In this document: positions 57,729 to 64,000 of the stretch, piece after piece | Layout of the letters: each line of letters starts with the position of its first letter | Numbering within the stretch: the stretch's first letter is position 1 | Assembly (NCBI GenBank): GCA_001464695.1 | Contig: LNDQ01000104.1 | Span: 4,748 to 68,747 of the forward strand | From: Betaproteobacteria bacterium Ga0077523 | GTDB taxonomy: Bacteria > Pseudomonadota > Gammaproteobacteria > Burkholderiales > Ga0077523 | Direction: 5' to 3' | Length of the DNA stretch: 64,000 nucleotides | The notes under the pieces: generated by a model | Seen by the model: only the letters and a program-made list of their open reading frames with translations | Databases searched by the model: none | Told to the model about the DNA's origin: nothing | Made by a program: the position numbers and the translations under genes

Positions 57729-59936
57729 ATGGAAAACATTCAAATGACTGCCCGTCGTGATTTCCTGAAGGCCTCCGCAGCCGTCGGTGGCGGCTTGACG
57801 CTCGGCATGTACCTGCCGCTGGGTGCCAAGGTTGCCGAAGCCCAGGCCAAGACCAACTCGCCCAACGCGTGGGTCAAGATCGGCACCGACAACAGCATCA
57901 CGATCATGTGCGCCCGCTCCGAAATGGGGCAGGACGTCTACACGTCGATGCCGATGCTGGTGGCCGAAGAGCTCGAAGTCGACATCAACAAGATCAAGGT
58001 CGAGTTCGCCCCGCCTGCCGAGGTCTACATCAACTCCCTGCTGGGTGGTCAGCTGACCGGCGGTTCCACCGCTGTCCGTGACGCCTGGGAGAAGCTGCGC
58101 AAGGCTGGTGCCTCCGCCCGCATGATGCTGGTGGGCGCTGCCGCCAAGGAGTGGGGTGTCGACGCCGGCCAGTGCAAGGCCGCGAACGGCATGATCACCG
58201 GCCCCGGCGGCAAGAAGACCACCTACGGTGCCGTGGCCGAAGCGGCCGCGAAGATGGAAGTGCCGAAGGATGTGCCGCTGAAGCCCGCGAAGGAGTTCAA
58301 GATCGTCGGCAACAAGGCGCAGAAGCGTCTCGACACGCCGATGAAGGTGGCCGGCACGGCTACGTTCGGTATCGACGTCCGTGTGCCCAACATGCTGTAC
58401 GCCGCGGTTGCCATGCCCCCGATGATCGGCGGCAAGGTGCAGAGCTTCGACGATTCCCGCGCCAAGAACATGCCCGGCGTGAAGGCCGTGGTGCAGTACA
58501 GCCGTGGCGTCGCCGTGGTGGCCGAGTCGTACTGGCAGGCGAAGAAGGCTAAGGACCTCCTCCTCATCACCTGGGATGAAGGCCCCAACGCCAACAACGA
58601 CATGGTCAAGGTCTGGGCCGGCCTGAAGGATGCGTCGAACCAGCCCGGTGCCGTGTTCCGTGAAGCCGGTGATGCCGACGGCGCGATCGCCGGTGCCGCC
58701 AAGGTCTACGAGGCCACCTACGAGCTGCCGCACCTGTCGCACTCGCCGATGGAGCCGCAGAACACCGTGGCCGACGTGCGTGCCGATGGCGCGACGATCA
58801 TCACCCCGACCCAGTTCCAGCAACTGGTGCCGTTCGTGGTGGCGGGTGCCACGGGCCTCAAGCCCGAGCAGATCACCGTGATCACGACGTTCCTGGGCGG
58901 CGGTTTCGGTCGCCGCGTGGAAGTCGACTACACGATCGATGCCGCGGAAATTTCCAAGGCGGTCGGCGCTCCGGTGAAGATGGTGTGGAGCCGTGAAGAC
59001 GACATGACGCACGACTCCTATCGTCCGGGCGGCTACTACAAGGTCCAGATGGGCGTCGACGCCGGCGGCAAGCTGGTCGGCTATCGCTATCACGGCACCA
59101 GCCCGTCGATCTCCTCGCGCCTGTTCCCCAGCATCGTGAAGGACGGCATCGACCCGTTTGCGGTCGAGGCCATCGACAACTTCCCGTATGCGGTCCCGAA
59201 CCACAAGCTCACGTATCAGATGCACGACACGGGCATCACGCCGGGTTACTGGCGCGGCGTGTCGCACAACCTGAACGCGTACGTGGTCGAGGGCTTCATC
59301 GACGAGGTGGCGCATGCGGTCGGCAAGGACCCGATCCAGTTCCGCATCGACAACCTCGACTACACCGAAGAGAAGCACAAGTGGTCAGGCCTGTCCGCGG
59401 GTGTGGCGGTCGGCGGCCGTCTCAAGAAGGTTCTCGAGATGGTTCGCGAGAAGTCCGGCTGGGGCAAGAAGTACCCCGAAGGCCGCGGCCAGGGCGTGGC
59501 GGTGATGGAAGGCTACAACACCTGCCTCGCGTGCGTCGCCGAAGTGTCGGTCACGAAGAACTATGACGTGATCGTCGACAAGGTGACCTACGCGATCGAC
59601 GCCGGCCAGCTGATCCACCCGGATCAGGCCAAGGCGCAGGTCGAGTCGTGCACCATCTTCGGCCAGTCCGCTTGCATGTACGGCGAGATCACCGTGAAGA
59701 ACGGTGGCGTGGAACAGACCAACTTCGACGGCTATCGCGTAGTTCGCATGAACGAAGCGCCGAAGGCGATGGACATCCACTGGCTCGAGAGCAACAACAC
59801 CCCGGGTGGTCTCGGTGAGCCCGCGACGGCGCTGGTCCAGGCCGCCATCGGCAACGCCATCTTCGCCGCAACCGGTATCCGCGTGCGCAAGATGCCGTTC
59901 ACGCCCGAGAACATCAAGGGCTCGATGAAGGCCTAA
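57729..59936 (+). CDS. molybdopterin-binding subunit, IorB/aldehyde oxidoreductase-like, Tat-exported
   Basis: RRDFLK signal; RSEMGQ, TGGS, LGGGFGRR and GGLGEP motifs. Confidence 0.92.
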   Translation: MENIQMTARRDFLKASAAVGGGLTLGMYLPLGAKVAEAQAKTNSPNAWVKIGTDNSITIMCARSEMGQDVYTSMPMLVAEELEVDINKIKVEFAPPAEVYINSLLGGQLTGGSTAVRDAWEKLRKAGASARMMLVGAAAKEWGVDAGQCKAANGMITGPGGKKTTYGAVAEAAAKMEVPKDVPLKPAKEFKIVGNKAQKRLDTPMKVAGTATFGIDVRVPNMLYAAVAMPPMIGGKVQSFDDSRAKNMPGVKAVVQYSRGVAVVAESYWQAKKAKDLLLITWDEGPNANNDMVKVWAGLKDASNQPGAVFREAGDADGAIAGAAKVYEATYELPHLSHSPMEPQNTVADVRADGATIITPTQFQQLVPFVVAGATGLKPEQITVITTFLGGGFGRRVEVDYTIDAAEISKAVGAPVKMVWSREDDMTHDSYRPGGYYKVQMGVDAGGKLVGYRYHGTSPSISSRLFPSIVKDGIDPFAVEAIDNFPYAVPNHKLTYQMHDTGITPGYWRGVSHNLNAYVVEGFIDEVAHAVGKDPIQFRIDNLDYTEEKHKWSGLSAGVAVGGRLKKVLEMVREKSGWGKKYPEGRGQGVAVMEGYNTCLACVAEVSVTKNYDVIVDKVTYAIDAGQLIHPDQAKAQVESCTIFGQSACMYGEITVKNGGVEQTNFDGYRVVRMNEAPKAMDIHWLESNNTPGGLGEPATALVQAAIGNAIFAATGIRVRKMPFTPENIKGSMKA

Positions 59937-59982
59937 GGCAACAGCAACAATTCGCCGCGGGCAACCCGCGGCCGCAGCACCC

Positions 59983-60034
59983 TGGCCTCAACCTCCCGCC
60001 CTCCAAGGCGGGGCGTTGAGGCCAAATTCTTTTT
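59983..60034 (+). terminator. probable intrinsic terminator after the iorB-like gene
   Basis: tggcctcaac..cccgcc-loop-ggcggg..gttgaggcca followed by aattcttttt. Confidence 0.6.
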
Positions 60035-60091
60035 GAGGCATGCTCTCCCGACGGGGTCGCCCGTCGGTCAGGTAAAGGATTCACAAGCACT

Positions 60092-61093
60092 ATGGACAGC
60101 GTCGATCTGCAGGTCTTGAAGAGCACCGCGACCTGGTTGGCCGAAGGCCACCGCGTCATCCTGGCCACCGTCACGGAGACATGGGGGTCGTCGCCTCGTC
60201 CGGTCGGTGCCATGCTCGCGGTACGGGGCGACGGCATGGTGGCCGGCTCCGTTTCCGGCGGCTGCGTGGAGGACGACCTGATCGAGAAGGTCAGGACTTC
60301 GTCGTTGGCCGCGGAGCGGCCCGAGACGACGATCTACGGGATCAGCAAGGAAGATGCGCAACGCTTCGGCTTGCCCTGCGGCGGACGCCTGCAGCTCGTC
60401 CTGGAGCCCGTGGCGGACCGCGCCAGCATCGACGGGGTGCTGAACGGCATCGAACGCCACGAACTGGTGGCGCGCACTCTGGACATGGAGTCGGGTGTTG
60501 CCACCCTCGTGGCCGCCTCCCGCAACGACATCCTCGAATTCGACGGCAAACGGCTCACCACCGTGCACGGGCCGCGCTGGCGGCTGCTGGTGATCGGCGC
60601 GGGTCAGCTCTCCAAGTACGTAGCGCAGATGGCACAGGCACTCGACTACGAGGTCATCGTCTGCGATCCGCGGGCGGAGTACGCCGACATGTGGGACGTC
60701 CCGGGAGCCGCACTGGTGCGGGGCATGCCCGACGACGTGATCGTGGAACTGAATCTGGACAGCCACAGCGCCGTTGTGGCTGTCACGCACGACCCCAAGC
60801 TCGATGATCTCGCCCTCATCGAAGCCCTCAAGTCGCCGGCGTTCTATGTCGGGGCACTGGGGTCGCGTCTCAACACCGAGAAGCGCCGTGAACGGCTCGC
60901 GCAGTTCGACCTGTCGCAGGCCGAACTCGCACGGTTGCACGGTCCGGTGGGTTTGCGCATCGGCAGCAAGACGCCGCCGGAGATCGCCGTGGCGATCCTC
61001 GCGGAAATGACGGCTGTGCGCCACGACGTGGCGCTGGAAACGGTGGGCATCAAGACACTCGACAAGTCCGCGACGCAGACGGTCTGCAGTTGA
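60092..61093 (+). CDS. XdhC/CoxI-family molybdoenzyme maturation chaperone
   Basis: WGSSPRP, GSVSGGCVE, LPCGG, THDPKLDD and YVGALGS motifs. Confidence 0.92.
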   Translation: MDSVDLQVLKSTATWLAEGHRVILATVTETWGSSPRPVGAMLAVRGDGMVAGSVSGGCVEDDLIEKVRTSSLAAERPETTIYGISKEDAQRFGLPCGGRLQLVLEPVADRASIDGVLNGIERHELVARTLDMESGVATLVAASRNDILEFDGKRLTTVHGPRWRLLVIGAGQLSKYVAQMAQALDYEVIVCDPRAEYADMWDVPGAALVRGMPDDVIVELNLDSHSAVVAVTHDPKLDDLALIEALKSPAFYVGALGSRLNTEKRRERLAQFDLSQAELARLHGPVGLRIGSKTPPEIAVAILAEMTAVRHDVALETVGIKTLDKSATQTVCS

Positions 61094-61164
61094 TGCATTG
61101 AGGACAGGATGGAACAGCGCGGGAGCCTTCAGGGCTCCCGCTTCACTTTGGAGAGGGGTGGAAC

Positions 61165-61920
61165 GTGAGGCTCGAGCACAAGATCGCGATCGTGACCGGC
61201 GCCGGCTCCGGGTTCGGGGCGGGGATCGCCAGGCGCTTCGCACAGGAAGGCTGCGCCGTCATCGCTGCGGACATCAACGATGAAGGCGGGCAGCGTGTCG
61301 CTGCGGAGATCGCGGCAGCGGGCGGCAAGGTGCGCTTCGTCCATGCCGACGTTTCGAAGGATGCCGACTGGGCCGCGCTCGTGCAGGCCGCGAAGGATGC
61401 TTTCGGTGGACTTCACATCGTCATCAACAACGCCGGCATCACCCATCGCAACCAGCCGATGCTGAGCGTCCCGGAAGAGATGTTCGACCGCATCTACGCG
61501 GTCAACGTGAAGAGTCTCTTCCACAGTGCCAGGCATTGCGTGCCGCACTTTCGTTCGATCGGTGGCGGCGTGTTCGTCAACATCGCGTCCACCGCAGGAA
61601 TCCGCCCTCGGCCGGGATTGACCTGGTACAACGGCTCCAAGGGCGCTGTGATCATGACCAGCCGGTCCATGGCTGGCGAACTTGCGCCGGATCGCATCCG
61701 CGTGAACATCATCAACCCCGTGGCCGGTGAGACCGGAATGCTGCCGGAGTTCATGGGGCAGGACACGCCAGAGATCCGCGCGAAGTTCGTTGCATCGATT
61801 CCGCTGGGCCGCCTGTCGCAACCCCTCGATATCGCCAACGCAGCGCTCTACCTTGCGTCCGACGAAGCCGAGTTCATCACCGGGGCTTGCCTGGAAGTCG
61901 ACGGCGGGCGGTGCATATAG
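61165..61920 (+). CDS. SDR oxidoreductase (FabG-like)
   Basis: [17 protein letters not shown] and EVDGG motifs. Confidence 0.9.
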   Translation: MRLEHKIAIVTGAGSGFGAGIARRFAQEGCAVIAADINDEGGQRVAAEIAAAGGKVRFVHADVSKDADWAALVQAAKDAFGGLHIVINNAGITHRNQPMLSVPEEMFDRIYAVNVKSLFHSARHCVPHFRSIGGGVFVNIASTAGIRPRPGLTWYNGSKGAVIMTSRSMAGELAPDRIRVNIINPVAGETGMLPEFMGQDTPEIRAKFVASIPLGRLSQPLDIANAALYLASDEAEFITGACLEVDGGRCI

Positions 61921-61959
61921 CGGCGGGCGCCTGCAGCGCCGTGCTGAAAACCGGAGTCC

Positions 61960-62247
61960 CTACGGCGTCTTGGTGAAGTCGACGAGCCACGCAATCACGG
62001 CAGCCCGTTCGTCGGCCTTGGGGAGGTTGTGGCTGGGGAGGAACTTCTCCCATTTGGCGACGCGCTTGTCCTCGGGCGAGCGCGACGCATAGACCTTGAG
62101 CTTCTCCAGGTTGTGGCAGCTCGTGCAGCGCGCCTTCACGATGGCCTCGCCGTCACCTGCGTCTGCCGCCGAAGCGATGCATGACGCACCGGCCAGCCAC
62201 AGGCCCAGGCCGAATGCGGTGATCGTCTGATTCAGGTTGACGTTCAT
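61960..62247 (-). CDS. small monoheme cytochrome c
   Basis: RBS gaggagagg, signal peptide, CTSCH. Confidence 0.8.
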   Translation of the reverse strand: MNVNLNQTITAFGLGLWLAGASCIASAADAGDGEAIVKARCTSCHNLEKLKVYASRSPEDKRVAKWEKFLPSHNLPKADERAAVIAWLVDFTKTP

Positions 62248-62495
62248 ATCCTCTCCTCCTTCGGGAACGGGATGGTGCGGGTATCGCGCACCGGTGCCCT
62301 GACGCTTACGTCGAGGCTTTCCAGCGCGGGGCAGCACCGAGCCGGACGCACCCTGCGCACGGCGAGCCAGAACCGGCGGAGCCCGTGAGTACCATGCAAG
62401 CTTTCCCCATGACGCGTGGGTTCGAGTGTACGCGCCTTGGCGGGCGACTCATGCCACAGCTCGGACTCCGGCGGTCCCTGGGTGTGAACCTCACC

Positions 62496-63254
62496 TCAGG
62501 CCACGACGACTCTGGTCCCGCCCTCCGTGGCGGCCCGTGCCAGCAGTTCGGGCAGCGGCGCATCGGTCACGATCGTCCCCAGCGCCGAGAAATCGCACAC
62601 CGTCTCGACCGACGTGCGCTCGAACTTGCTGTGATCGAGCACCAGCATGGTGGCGGCGGCGCGCCGCAGCATGGCCCGCTTGACCGCGGCAGCTCCAGGT
62701 ACGGCTTCGCTCGGACCTTCGCCCGCCAGGCCGCTCGCGCCGATGATCGCGACGTGGGCATGAAAGCGCGCGAGATATTCGGTAGTGTCCTCGCCGAACA
62801 CGCTGCCTTCGCCGGCATGATAGCGACCGGGACACAGCAACACGCGAAACGTGGGGTTGGCCCCGGCCGCGATCGCGACACCGAGGCTGTTGGTGATGAT
62901 GGTGAGGTCGCGTCGCAGTTGTGCGAGATGGCGTGCGACTGCGCGCGTTGTCGATCCACCGTCGAGCGTGACGAGCTGACCGTTCTCGACCTCCTGTGCC
63001 GCAGCCGCGGCGATGCGGAAGCGCTCCGCCACGAGCGTGCGATCGCGTTCGCCCACACTCGGTTCCGCGACGAAGGGTGCCAGCGTCGCACCGCCGTAGG
63101 TACGGCTCACCAGCCCGGCATCGACGAGTTCCGCGAGGTCGCGACGGATCGTCTCGCCCGAGACGCCGATGCGCTGCGCGAGTTCGGATACGCGGATGGC
63201 GGCGCTGGAGCGCACCTCCGAGACGATCAGGTGGTGGCGGTCCTTCTTGTTCAC
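62496..63254 (-). CDS. DeoR/GlpR-family transcriptional regulator
   Basis: VSGETIRRDL..L...G...RTYGGA HTH; LDGGSTT, ITNS and DHSKF motifs. Confidence 0.92.
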   Translation of the reverse strand: MNKKDRHHLIVSEVRSSAAIRVSELAQRIGVSGETIRRDLAELVDAGLVSRTYGGATLAPFVAEPSVGERDRTLVAERFRIAAAAAQEVENGQLVTLDGGSTTRAVARHLAQLRRDLTIITNSLGVAIAAGANPTFRVLLCPGRYHAGEGSVFGEDTTEYLARFHAHVAIIGASGLAGEGPSEAVPGAAAVKRAMLRRAAATMLVLDHSKFERTSVETVCDFSALGTIVTDAPLPELLARAATEGGTRVVVA

Positions 63255-64000
63255 GCCCTGTGCTCCTGGCCCTTGGCTTCGATCAGCGCATCCGCCACCT
63301 CGGCAAAGCCGCGTGCGGAGCGTCCTTCGGTGATCCAGCGCGGGTGGGCTGTCATCGCATCCAGGGCATCGCGCACGTTCGCGACGCCGACCGCGTTCGG
63401 AAAGTAGCCGAACATCGGTGCGTCATTGGGCGAATCGCCGACGAAGACCACGGCCTCACGGGCCTCACCGAGGTCGCGACCGAACGCTTCCTTGAACAGC
63501 ACTTGCGAAGTGGATAGCTTGTCGTAACCGCCGAACCAGCCGTTCACGTGGATCGACGATACCTTGGCCGTCGCCCCGAAGCGCTCGAAGATGGCGACGA
63601 TGCCGTCCACGGCCGTGCGCGGCAGGGGCGGCACGTCCTCGCGGAAATCGATGGCGAGATCGGCCTCGCGGTACGCCTGGTCCGACGCGACGGCGGCACC
63701 GGGCACTTCGGTCAGCACCGCGCGCTGGATCTCGTCCAGGCGGTCGCGGGCAATGCGTCTTTGACCGTCGTCCTTGGCGTAGCGGCGGATCATGCGTTTC
63801 GTCGCCGGCTCGTAACGGAAGTAGAACGCGCCGTTCTCGCCCACGACGGCGTCGACCGGCCACTGCCGCGCAATCAGGTCGCACCAGCCGGCAGGCCGCC
63901 CGGTGACCGGCACCACGAGGAAGCCGGCGAGCTGCAGACGTTCCAGCGCATCGTAGGCGATCGCCGGCAGGCGGCCTTCGTGGGTGAGTGTGTCGTCGAT
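63251..64000 (-). CDS. HAD-IIB family hydrolase (5' end outside window)
   Basis: open to the window edge with (D)IDDTLT, VTGR, SSIHVN and GDSPND motifs. Confidence 0.88.
   Translation of the reverse strand: MDDTLTHEGRLPAIAYDALERLQLAGFLVVPVTGRPAGWCDLIARQWPVDAVVGENGAFYFRYEPATKRMIRRYAKDDGQRRIARDRLDEIQRAVLTEVPGAAVASDQAYREADLAIDFREDVPPLPRTAVDGIVAIFERFGATAKVSSIHVNGWFGGYDKLSTSQVLFKEAFGRDLGEAREAVVFVGDSPNDAPMFGYFPNAVGVANVRDALDAMTAHPRWITEGRSARGFAEVADALIEAKGQEHRA

Noticed and set aside
56820-59378. 852-aa minus-strand ORF opposite the iorAB-like genes
   Set aside because: Antisense shadow typical of high-GC genes.

Overview
GC-rich (roughly two-thirds G+C by eye), gene-dense window from a probable betaproteobacterial methylotroph. 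The taxon is inferred from gene order and protein style and has not been tested. The core (15.1-40.6 kb) is a near-complete tetrahydromethanopterin/methanofuran-linked C1 oxidation island: mfnB, folK, mfnE/F/D-like, orf17, fae, orf7, orf5, mch, orfY, mtdB, mptG, fhcBADC, folB, pcbD, dmrB/afp, orf20 and orf19. It is followed by a lanthanide-type methanol dehydrogenase cluster (xoxF-xoxG-xoxJ, trypsin-like protease, small Cys protein, SoxYZ-like carrier). At 43.3-48.7 kb lies a TTQ amine dehydrogenase operon (mauB-E-D-A) with no mauG, mauF or amicyanin. It continues instead into a monoheme cytochrome c, a Tat-exported multicopper oxidase and a second cytochrome c, and faces an ammonium transporter. 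The left flank holds beta-oxidation-type genes, an exported formamidase-family module, a 941-aa MdcD-MdcE-MatB-like triple fusion, an ArsS-like radical SAM/AhpD pair and a frameshifted hydrolase. The right flank holds gntK/gnd, a dioxygenase, ALDH, acyl-CoA dehydrogenase, GST, an IorAB-like molybdoenzyme with xdhC, and a DeoR/HAD pair. At least three families of short intergenic palindromic repeats occur. I saw no rRNA, tRNA, CRISPR array or transposase. The best novelty candidates are the MauG-less amine dehydrogenase/multicopper oxidase operon, the one-polypeptide malonate ligase-decarboxylase and the exported metallo-amidase module. All calls come from motif recognition by eye; no database searches were run.
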